The translations under genes were made by a program, and so were the position numbers. From positions 12,648,001 to 12,712,000 of the forward strand of contig CM120641.1 in assembly GCA_051362555.1 (NCBI GenBank): DNA of 64,000 bases. The letters run 5' to 3'. How positions within the stretch are numbered: position 1 is the stretch's first letter; every line of letters starts with the position of its first letter. Positions 1 through 12,300 of this stretch are shown in pieces. Under the pieces are notes generated by a model, which worked only from the letters and a program-made list of their open reading frames with translations, did no database searches and had not been told where the DNA came from. Source of the stretch: Lingula anatina (taxonomy: Eukaryota > Animalia > Brachiopoda).

Positions 1-365
1 AATACATAAGATGAAAATCAAAGATGTCTCATCTGATGATTCTGCCTCATACACAATCAAAATAGACGACAAATCTAGCTCAGCTAAACTGTCAGTTGAA
101 GAAATTGAGGTGGAATTTGTTGTACCATTGAAAGATACCACTACCAAAGAACAGACAAGTGTGACATTTGAATGTGAGCTCAATAAACCAGTGGATGTTA
201 CCTGGCTTGTGGATGGGACCGAAATTACCTCAAATGAGAAGTATGACATAACTGTTGAGGGCAAAGTGCATAGATTGACCATACACGGTCCTTCCATGAC
301 AGATGCTGTTGAGTATACAGTAAAAGCAGGGAACAAAACCAGCACAGCCAGGCTGACTGTAGAAG
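1..365 (+). CDS. exon (5' partial): end of one Ig plus a full Ig
   Basis: ORF 11..; donor GAAG|gtaaa. Confidence 0.9.
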
Positions 366-3300
366 GTAAATATTTTGTCTGTTTTTCCCTTTTTTATTCA
401 GGGCAGGAGGGGTTGAAAAAATAAAGCTTTTCCCCATAGCCCAGTTCATGTTTTAGTTTTTAAAAGTAATATGAAGGCTGAATCATATTTAAATATTGTG
501 CACTGTGCCTTATTCTGTAAAAAATATTCAATTGTCAAAATGTTTCAGTTAAAAAAGCATTATATGCATGCATGTATCTTGTACATGAAAAAGAGATAAT
601 ACAGGTATAAATGGTTATAAGTAAATTTAAGCACAAATTTACATGAAGTTGTTTATTTATTTAGAATCATGTAATGCTCCTTGATAATATGGAATTCCTT
701 CTTACTTTTCAGAAATCGATGCAGAATTCACAGTTCGCCTGAAGGACCAACATGTAAAAGAGTCTGAAACTGTGACGTTTCAATGTACAGTCAACAAACC
801 AAATGTACCAGTTGCATGGTATATGGGAGACATTGAGTTGACATCAAATGAGAAATATGAGATTACAGTTGATGGGAATGTACATCGCTTGACAATCCAT
901 GATGCCCAGCCCGATGATGCTGCCATCTTTACTGCAAAACTACCCAAAGAAAGGTGCTCTGCGAAACTGAAAGTAGAAGGTACTGTAGGTTTCTATGTAC
1001 TGTATGGATTTGGTTTAGAACATACCAAACTGAATTTAAAGTGAATATATTTAGGTGCAGGATTATATGTACCATCTATCAGGATGAAATATTTTAATAC
1101 TATTTCTTTATTTTCAGTTTGATGAATGTTTGTTGACTGTGTGATACTGTAATTTGTTGTTACAGTAGTGAAAGAAATATATTCCTTAACAGCTTTGTGT
1201 TACCTTTAGTAAGATGTATTCACTTTCATGAAACTGTTTTATAATGCTGTATGTTATTCTGTACTTTTCACATTGACATTGTTTTAAATTTATACCTGCA
1301 TGCTGCATGATTCAAATTAAATTCCAGACATCTCTGTTTACTTCACAATGAAGTTAAGAGACAAGGTGTCTTATGAGGGTGAAAAAGCCATCTTGAAATG
1401 TGAGGTCTCAACAGAAAATGTCAAAGCAAAGTGGTATAAAGAAAAGAAACATTTGCATGCCAGTAAAAAGTATGAAGTGAAAAAAGAAGGTCTAGCTCAC
1501 AAGTTGATAGTGCATGACTTATGTTTGGACGACGAAGCAGAATACACAGTCAAAGTTGGGGACCAAGAGTCTTCTGCCATTTTATTTGTTGAAGGTAAGT
1601 TAAATTGTTATTTGTTGGTAACTTAATTGTTATTTGTTGGCTCGCTAGTGTGGAGGTGAGGTAGAGATCACAGTACAGAATTCTTTGCAATGTATATGGA
1701 TTAATCTATGCACACAGCGATAGAGATCAGTTAGGAAACCCTTGATCATATCCATCAGTTAGTGTTTCACTTCCAGCAAGAATTCTAAAAAAATATTTTA
1801 TTCAAAACTTATGTCTTTTTGAAATGCATGTGTGTTTGTCATGTTTAGAATGATCATAAATCATTCATCCCTTGTTGTTACCACAGGTTTTTATTTTTTG
1901 CTTTCAAACCTAATTAATGTAACCTTGCATGAAATTGCATGTTGAACACCAAACCTTTCAGAAGAGCCAGTAGAACTGGTAGTCTCACTGAAAGAAACCA
2001 AAGCCCACCGCCATGACTCTGTCACCTTCACCTGTGTCCTAAGCAAGGACAATGTCCCTGTCACCTGGCTCAAGGGCAATGATGAGATAGAACCTAGTGA
2101 CAAGTATAAGATTAAGGTGGAGGGGTGTGTGCATACACTGATAGTGCATGATTTGAACAGTGAGGATGAGGCAGACTACTCTGTAGCTGTAGGAGAACAG
2201 GAGTCCACTGCTTATTTGGTCGTGGAAGGTAAATTTTGGGAATGAAATATTTATCACATTAAGTTCACCTGTTCTGAAGGAAAATTGGAAGAGGATTTTG
2301 GCTATAATGGATGAAATTGGAAATATATTTGAGATGTTGTAAAATTATTTTAATATTTAGAAAATAATTACTTAAATAAATTCCAAATTTTATGAAATTA
2401 AAAGGTATTATTTCAATCCCAAGCAAAATATTTTTTTTATAAAAGAGAATACATTTTCCTCTAAGTGAAACAAAACTAACCATATTTTTCAAACTTTGAC
2501 AAATCATAACTACCCACTTGTATTTAAATTGCCTCTACAGAAGATCCAGTAGAATTCACAATCCCACTTGAAGATGAGATGGAGGCAAGAGAGAATGAGT
2601 CTGTTACCATTAGTGCAGAAATAGCTGAGGAAGTCAAAAATGTAGGGTGGTACAAAGATGGGGATGAGCTCATCCCTAGCACTAAGCATGAAATGAAAAG
2701 TCAGGGCAAACATCATTCATTGACTATACATGATTTGGACATTGATGATGAGGCAGAGTACACAATCAAGGCTGGAAGCAGTAAATCCACTACATTTCTT
2801 ATGGTGGAAGGTAGGAAGCATATTAAGGGCCTCTTTCTTTTGATTATAGTCTTTTGTTTGTGTGTACATGTATAAAAGAATTTCAGACAAGTTTTATTTT
2901 CTACTGCTTTTGCCTGTATTTATGTTATCTTAATATGTAGGGGGGGGGGGGGGAGGGTTAACAGTTTTAAGACCATAATATCTTGGTGTTGAATAAAAAA
3001 GAATGTTTGATCACAGTGCATGCCAGTAACAACCTTTGTCTCCTTTGTGTTAATAGCTTGTCAGCTTAAGCAGTCTTGAGTGTTCACCAAAAGTAACTTT
3101 TTACTATTCTGACTGATCCACCTATTATTGTACCACCAGCATTAGCGCTGGCGGTACACATGGTTTCGGTCTCGTCCGGACCGTTCCGCCGGACGGCTAC
3201 CGTTACTGCTTCTCCTCCTAGACGGTAAGGGCCCCCGTACCCATCTCTTGGATTTAGGTCACCTATAATCTCAGCTCGTTCCACGTAAAATTTGGGCTTT

Positions 3301-6300
3301 GCCGGTATTGGGGTCTGGGTGTGGCACTCAATGCAATGCACCCTTGTCCAAAAATGGCAAAATTAAATGCTAATAATCTACCCTGCGGAAGGGGTTATGG
3401 GAAAAATTTCTACAGACGGCTTTCCAAAAGTCATATGTGTAGATTTCAAATATGCCCTTGGATTTGACCTTTGACCTTTACTTCAAGGTCAAACGGGCAA
3501 AAATTTTCAAAAAAATAATATTTTTTATGAAAAAATTTTTTTTTGCCCTGTTATTCAGACACCACACAGACTTAACCAATAATATTATTGGAAAGTGTTA
3601 CCCTTCAGGTCATCTTTCATCTCCGTGAATTTGGGGTCAATCCCGATGAATAACCATTGGGTGTTCATCTATTTTGGATCAGGGGGTTGACAAACACCCA
3701 ATGGTCATTCATCGTGGAAAATTTCATGCTGTTATCATCTTTTGCACAATTCTGGATAAAATTTGGACTGAGCTGCCTGACTACTTTTCACCATGAACTA
3801 AACTTTGCAAATTTTGCTTCCCTTTTATCTCCAAAACTGGCAGAGATAGGTCCATAGTTACTATTGAAGTTGAATAGGAAGCCATACACTGGCAATCTAA
3901 ATGTGACCTTGAAATTGACCGTTGACCTACTTTTCACCATGAACTGAACTTTGCAAATTTTGCTTCCCTTTTATCTCCCAAACTGGCAGAGATAGGTCCA
4001 AAGTTACTTTTGAAGTTGAATAGGAAGTCATATACTGGCAATCTTACTGTGAAATTGACCTTTGACCTACCTTTTGATGAACTTTTGATATATTTTTTTG
4101 CATATTTTGAAAATTCTTGTTGATTGCATTTTTACAGCTTGTCAAGCAAAAGACTGGTGGCTGTGTCCCTTATTTTGTGTATGTGGGGGTCTATACGAAT
4201 GCGCTTGCTCCAGCTGGTGGAACAATATTCGGAGGCGGTATCGCCTCTCTGATCCTCTAGTTATACTAGTATTTACTTTAGTTTCTGCATGTTTTTTCCT
4301 ACAGAAGAGCCTGTTGACTTTGTTGTCCGCTTGAAAGAACTTGATGCTATGGAGCATGACACTGTCACCTTCACATGTCAACTCAGCCGTGCCTCAAATG
4401 AGGTGGCATGGTACAAAGAGGATAAAAAGATAAAAAACAGTGACAAACATGAGATAAGGTCTGAAGGACTAGAGTACAGCCTCACTATCTTTGACGTTGA
4501 CTTGGATGATGAGGCTGAATACATAGTTGTTGCTGAAGAGAAGGAGTCCATAGGATATCTCTATGTTGAAGGTACATTTTGTACATGAATCAGACTATAT
4601 GAGGTGTAGGGATGTTTTTTCAAATGTAATGAAATATACTTCCAATGTACGGACCCTTGAAAAAAAATTTAAGATATAGAAAAATGCTTATGTGTAAGTA
4701 CATGTAGTAACCATGCAGGGCAAGGAACCTTTTAAATAAATGTAGATTACTTCAGGATTCTACCAGTCAAATAGTACTTGTACTGGCAAATAATGCATGT
4801 TTATAATACATAGTGTGCAAATAATAGTTCACTGCAAATAACTGCATGCTGCATGTTTTATCTGCATGTCTTACAGAAGCATCCATAGAGTTCACACAGA
4901 GATTGGAGGAAAAGGAAGTAGATGAGGGAACAGATGTTACTTTTGTATGTGAATTGAACCAAGATGACGCCACTGTCACTTGGTTTAAAGATGGCGACCT
5001 TATCCAAGATGGTCCCAAGTATAAGATTGTCTCTGAAGGGAGAGAGCATATGCTTGTTATCAAGGGGTCTGATATAGATGATGAAGGAAACTATGCTGCC
5101 CAGGCTGGAAACAGAAGGACAACTGCCCCTTTATTTGTTCGGGGTATGATAGCCTATGTGTCCTACATATTTCTGAGACACTGTATTTTTCCCTTTGTAT
5201 GTTGGTCTATATCCTGCTCTCAGATCACCCTCCTATCTTAATTTTAACTGAAGATGAAAAATAGCTGTCAGTGAATGGCTTTATCCCACCTCTTGATCCT
5301 TTTCCAAAATTGGCCGTAGTGCTTGGACTACAAACAAGCGCGTTTTTAAAAAGTAGTAATACTATAGTAATAACTTGCTTCTGGTTTAATTAAATGTAAT
5401 AAGGCACAGGACTGCAAAATTGGCTGAAGGGAATATGGTAAGATGCATGTTTTTTATTCTTTATCCCACTTGAATATCTGAACCCACAAGCTTTGCTTAA
5501 TATTCAGATCGTCTTGCCCATAAAACACGGAAACAGCTTAGTATTGATGAACCAGGCTTTGATCATGAAGAAGAATTAAACAGGAGCTTGCGGTTTATGG
5601 AGGGTTTTAAGGAAAGAGAAAAATCAGACAGTTTTTGCAGTAGCAAGGACCCTGATTGTGATACTGTTGATGATGATACCTCCACCATCAAAAATGGAAA
5701 AGGTATTTTAGAGAAAGGTGTATTTGGCTTCATATCCTATATCGCTGCTTTAATCCCCTTTGCATTTTCTTCTTGTTTATTTATCTTTTATATTGTCCTT
5801 TCTCAGTTATTTGTTTATAAATTTTGGAGAATTTAAAAAAGGGTAAATTAAGATAATTCAGGGTATGTATTTTAAGCTCACATTGCTAAATATAGGACAA
5901 TTAAAAGAAATGTTCTGAGATGAAAATAAATGAAAGTCAGATTTTTTTTGCATGTCAGTTGAATGCATGTTTGATATTGAATTCAGAAGTGCATGCTTCA
6001 GACTCCAGTGTGGAGGAAGAGCCATTTGTAATGGAGAGTGAAACATCACAGAAACTAAGAGAAGGTTCAGATTCTCCACCAGTGATTACCACCTCTCAGA
6101 AAACCAGATTAACCAATGAAAATGTGCAGGAAGAGAGTGGTATCGGAAATGCTGGTAGGGGACTAAGCTTAGTACATGTATATGGTTGACATGAAAATGA
6201 ATAAAGTATGGTTTCAATAGAATTTATAAAATGGTGTGATGGTATATGCTGTGGCTGTAACAATTCTGCTTGTTATTAGCATTCATAGTAACTCTGTTAG

Positions 6301-9300
6301 AGGTTTGTCACATATTTGTAGAATTATGCACTTCACATTAATTGTGAAAAATCATGCTTTTATTAAAAGCACATTGCACATTTCAAAAGATTTTCTTGAA
6401 TTATTAATGATTTGCATGCCTCACTAACACTATACAATGCATGCTTTGATTTTAGATCATGCACTAGATGAGCACAAGTTACTAGTACATGGTTCTGTCA
6501 ATGCACAACATGACACACTGACAGGGCCGCTAGAAAAACCAGCCCCTGCCTTTCCCACCGAAACAGACTCATTAGCACTTGCTGCAGCAGATTACAAGAA
6601 AGAATCTGCTAAGAGAAACATTCTGCCTAAAGAGGATGAAAATGTATTACCTTTCAAAGAAGGTCATAAACCAAAGGATGTTGTCCGTGACACTGAAGAT
6701 GATGCAGAAAGACTGAAGGATTATACAAAAACCCAACCATCACTATCTGGTCACAAAGATCAGGAACTCATCTCTCAAGAAGATTACAAAAGAGTAGAAA
6801 ACTCACAGCTCTCATTGCCAGAGATGTCATCTGAGAATGATATCAAGTTAAAAGCTGAATCTAGATACCAGCAGCCCTCAAGAAAGGACACACAAGATGC
6901 TCAGAGGGCTCTAGATGTGGTGGAAATGGAGGACGATACCAAAGAAAAGGATCCTTCTTTGAAAGATATGGTACTTGAGGTTTTGGAAACAGAGGAAACA
7001 AATGCACAGATCAATGAAGAAATGGATAGAAATGGTGGTCAAATAATTGAGAAGGGAGATACAGAGGCAAATAATAAGACCCAGCAGCCTGTAGAAACTG
7101 AAAACTATGGACAACAAAATAGTGCAATTGAAAGGGAGAGGCAAACATTACTTGGAGAGGATGAAAATGAAAATGTGCAGAAACAATCCAAGCTATACAA
7201 AGAAACTGCAGTTGAGGTATCTCAGAACCCATCTCTGAGAGAAATGGTCTTACAAGTGATGGAAAATGAGTCTGAATCTTCAAAAGTCACTACCATTGAA
7301 AAGACCCATCACACATTATTGACCAAAGGTACACAGCAAGTTTTGGAAGCAGAATCAGTATCTGAAATGGTTGTGACTTCTCAAAGTGATGAATCATCTC
7401 ATTTAATTACTAGACACACCAAAATGAAAACAAAACAAGAAAGTCAGCCTACTGTCAGCCAGAAAAATACAGCTGATGATGTTGATGTAAAATTACTAGA
7501 AACTGACAGTCAAGTCACTGCTAAAGACGATGTAGTAATCAATCAGAATGTGGAAGATGCCATAGATAGTGACTCCGAAGAAAGTGGAGAACATGAAAGT
7601 GACTACGAATTTGAGACGACATCTGTTGTGCCTATTGAAAGAATCAGAAGAAAGATGCCAACAGCTGAAGATGATGTAGATTCAGAAACGAGTGGGTATG
7701 AGGCGGAAAGCATTGGTTCAGAGGTATCTACCTATGATGACAAACCTGAAAATGCAAGCCATAGCTTCAAAGGTGGAACAGGGGAGACAGTAGGAGATAT
7801 TCCAAATGTCAGTTTGGAGGCGCAGGACAAATCAAAGAAAAAGAAACAGCAACAGAAGTCAGAGGCAAGCAAGGGATCAAAACAAAGGTCCAAAAAACAG
7901 GAGAAAGACAAATATCTCAAAGTCGACCAAGAGAAGTTGTCAGGAATACCCGAAATGGAAGAAGATAATGACAAGAGACCAGTTGCTCAAGCCAGAGCTC
8001 TACATGGGTCATCAGAAGATGTTGTTGCTGAAACAAACAAGGATTTTGTGGATGAAGTTGGAGATGAAGGAGAAATCGTATTTGAAAGCCATGGTGCTCT
8101 TTTGGAAACAGGAGCAAATTCAACTAAGGACAAAGCTCAAAAAGAGATCATCAACAGAAGTGCCACCTCAGTTATTGCCCAGATTGAAACAGCAGAAAAT
8201 ACTCAGAAGTTGGAAGATGTGAAGGACATACTGGGTGAGAAAGAAGACAGCACTACTAACTTTGAAAAAGATTACAGAGATCAAAAGTATGATGAGAAAA
8301 ACAAGGATACAAAATCTAAAGGTCTTAAAGATGAAACTTCTGATAGCAGTGGGAAGTATAAAGTTGGTGATCTCTCAAATATGTCACGCTCATCAGGTCA
8401 GAAAGAGAGTCAGGAGCAAGCTGGCAAGGGATCACTAAGTGGTAAGATAAAATTGAAATGCATGCCATATACCTGTGTACATTTTATTTATGTTTATGAT
8501 CTTTCTGCATAATTGCATTTAAATGTAAATAACAATATAACTGCTTTTGCTTTTATGTCTGAGCTTCTGTACTGGTGCTCTATGCTATTTTGTGTTGCTT
8601 GCTTTCTAGCTGGAAGTGTTGTGATTGCAAATGAGACTAACAAAAACAATGATAAAGATACAATAGTGCAAGACATAGGCAATGCAGATATTTTAAAAGG
8701 ACCTGATGGTAAAAAAAGCAAGTGGATAGATAAAAATAATCAGGCTTGTCTTATGAAACAAGAGTTTCAAGAAGAGTTGGCTTCAGATTTGTCACACTTG
8801 GGTAAAAGTGAAAAAAGCAAAAAAAGTAAGTCATTGTTAGAGAACAAAGTTGGAACCACACATCTCCAGAAAAATGGGAGTAAAACTGGCTATAAGAAAA
8901 TAATTATGGAAGAAACTATTCTGGTGGAAGATGTTAACACTAATGTCATAAGTCATATTGTGAGGACAAGAAAAGAGGATGATAAGACTTTGTATGATCA
9001 AGATGAAGAAAATACAGCTTTTAGGGCACAGCACATAGACAAGGCCAAACTTCATGAAATGGGCTTTGAGGAGAAATATATGAAATTTGATCATGATGAA
9101 GCTTACACACACTATCACCAAAATAAGTCAGTTGGACATAAAGGTGAGAGCAACCATGAAGGTTTAGTTGTCACTTTACCCACTCACACAATAACAGATG
9201 ATATATCAGACTGCTCAGATGTTTATAGAAGTATAACAGCAAGAGAGAGAGACAGAACTGCTTCAGAAAGTGCAGCAAAATGTTTTTCAGAGAAGAGAAG

Positions 9301-12300
9301 CAGAACCATTTCAGAAGAGCAAGAGAGAAAGAAGTCAACTGGTAGAGAGGGAATCAGTTCACGTCAAAAGAGCAGAGCCAGTTACAATGAGGAGCATGCT
9401 GCCAATATAGATGACCAAGAAGGTAGAAGATTACTTCACAAAGATGAAGAAGCCACAGGCTCCAATTTGTTCAATCAGCAAGGCCATTGTAATGTTGAAG
9501 GTTCATTTGCATCAGCAATGGGAGCACACAGTGCAGATAATATTGTTGGAAGCAAGAAGGGCATAAGCCAGTTATCCAATTCTGATGAAGATCAGTACTT
9601 GAAAACAAGCTTTCAGTCTACTTCTGAAAAATATACCATGTCAAAGGAAACTGAAGGCAACATAATGTTTGATGGGAAAGGTGAACATATGCCTACAAAA
9701 AGTAATACAATCTCCCAAAAGTATGAAAAGGATGTAGAAAAGGAAACAACTTGGCTTACCATTGATGCTAGGAGTGCTAGTACTGGTGAGTGGTTTAAAG
9801 GAATGAATAAGATATATGTATTTCTTGAGCGCCTTGCAATGTAACACTAGCTTTGATGTATTCTTTTTGTGGTAAACATGCATTTTACTTGTTAAAATGT
9901 TTGTAATGCTTTGTGTCTTGTGGTGATTTTTCAAGCAGCCTAATGATGGTAATGTGGAACTTATTACAAAAAGAAAGAGATAAATGAAGCAGATTTATTT
10001 GACCCATCTGTTTTAAGTGGGTAATCTTCATCCTTTAAAAAATGATATCTTGTGCATATGATAAGTTCCATGTTACTGCTCTGCATGCTTTTCATAATGC
10101 TTTTTTCAGAATCTTTGTCTAAACTTTCAAATCAAGGAAATGAAGATAATGATTCTTCAATAGATCCCATGTACAAAACTGCTGAATCAATTGCTCAAAA
10201 TGACACAGTTATATCAATTGAAACTCAAGAAAAAATAGAGTCAAACCCACACCATGGAGGACGGAACAAAAATGACCTGAATCAGATTGCCAAAGAAATC
10301 ACTGATGTCAAACCCATAGCAAATCAACAGTACCCAAAAACTTCATTATCTAATAGAAACATGTCAAAAGAGTCACAGATATATCGTGATAGTATTAATA
10401 TGTCTGACAAAACACAATATAATTCTGCCTCAGCAGTAGAGGACAGAAATACATGTGACAGCACATCCAGCAGTGCAGGTGGAAGCTGTGACAGTATTCT
10501 CCCAAAGCACATGGCTCCATCTACAAATTCTACAGTTGATCTGATGGCAGGTTGCATCTCAAACTCCTCATCAAGTTTTGAGAATAAGGCTGTAAGCTTT
10601 GGTGGCGTAGATTTTGCACAGCATGCTTCTGCTTCAGTTGTATTGCATGACAGCTCTATTAGAGGTAAACAAACAGTTAACCAATCACACTTACATGATC
10701 AGGATAATGTATATGCTAGCAAGGAGGAGGAAGGTGAGTGTTTTTTTTTTTTTTTTCATTTGTTGGGAAATAACTTCAAGTAAGTTTGTTTAGTTTAAAA
10801 ATATATTTATTTATGTTGAAGTTTTACATTTCACATTGCCTTATTACTCAAATTGCACTGCATCATTAAATATGCATTTGTTGACTAAATTATTTTGTAG
10901 ATCATATACCAAACTACTAACTTGCATGCTTCCAGATGAGCCATTAGGTACAATCATCAGACCCCTAACAAATGTCCTCCAATCCAAGAATGAAACAACT
11001 GCTACATTTGTCTGTGAAACTTCCACCAATTCAGTGTCACCTGCATGGCATAAAGATGACACTGAGTTGACAGCAGGTGATAAGTATGACATGAAAACTG
11101 AGGGAACAGTGCATGCTTTGACAGTATATGATGTGACTCATGAGGATTGGGGAGAGTACACAGTAAGATTTGGTGATGAAAAGTCGTCTGCTTCTCTGCT
11201 TTTTGAAGGTGAGCATTGGGATTGAAAGCATAATTATTGAGAGAACAAGAGTTTAATCTTATTTTATAGCAAAACATAAAAAGTATGGGGTTGCTCTCAG
11301 GTAAGTGTGATTTTTTTCAAGGCATTTTGCATGCTAGAACTTTTAAAACTCTGTTAATCTTATTTTCATTCTTTAGGAAATGTGGTAATGCCTTTTGATT
11401 TTTAGTTTCAGAAGCTGATCCTGAAAGATGTTGCCTATTATGAAATATGAGGAGGAAACTGAATAGTTGCAGTTGTTATAATTTAATTTTATGTTTGAAC
11501 TTTCTTGGTTTTTTCATTTTCAGAAATTGCTGCTGAGTTTACTGTTGGTCTTCAGGATACCAAGGTCTTGGAGAAAGAAACAGTAGAATTCACATGCAAA
11601 CTGTCCAAACCCACCCCAGTACATTGGGAGAAAAAGGGCAAAGAAATCCAAGATGGTGGCAGGTATCAGATCAGCACAGAAGGTGTTGATGTAAATCTGA
11701 CTATAACTGATGCACAGTTGGATGATACTGCTCAGTACAGCTGTGTGCTGCCATCTGGAGACAAAACCACAGCCAAACTTACAGTGAAAGGTGAAATGTT
11801 ATAAGCATAGATTGATAATTACTTTTCATTTGAAAATAGACCTAAATTAAAATAAAAGTTGATAAAAAAGAACTTTGACAGATATATTTGGTACTACAAA
11901 CTTATACTTAAAATGTTTTATTTTCAGTGTTTCATTATCGATTTGTGTATTAATTTCTACAACTGTTCTTGGGATCTCAAAAGCATGGACAGACTAATTA
12001 CCAACATTTTTATATTTCAGAAGCACCATTTGAAATCATGAAGCCCTTGTCAGATGTCACATCTCCAGTCAGAGGCACAGTTACCTTGGAATGTGAGGTC
12101 AACAAACCAGACAAGACAGCAAGGTGGCAGAAAAATGGACGAGCTATCAAGCATGGTGGCAAGTTTGCTATTAGTGTGGATGGAACTACACACACTCTGA
12201 CAATACAAGATGTCTCCTTGGAGGAGGAAGCAGAATACACAGTCATCATAGAAGATAAGAAATCTTCAGCCAAACTTTTCGTAGAAGGTGAGAAGTATTT

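Noticed and set aside
3084-3857. ORFs 3084-3341 (-) and 3657-3857 (+) as transposon proteins
   Set aside because: Short, with no Rep/helicase, transposase or RT motifs
3055-4144. 9-bp direct repeat agcttgtca (3055-3063 and 4136-4144) as a target-site duplication
   Set aside because: The subTIRs and 3' palindrome define different boundaries (3125-4262), and Helentrons make no such TSD; probably chance
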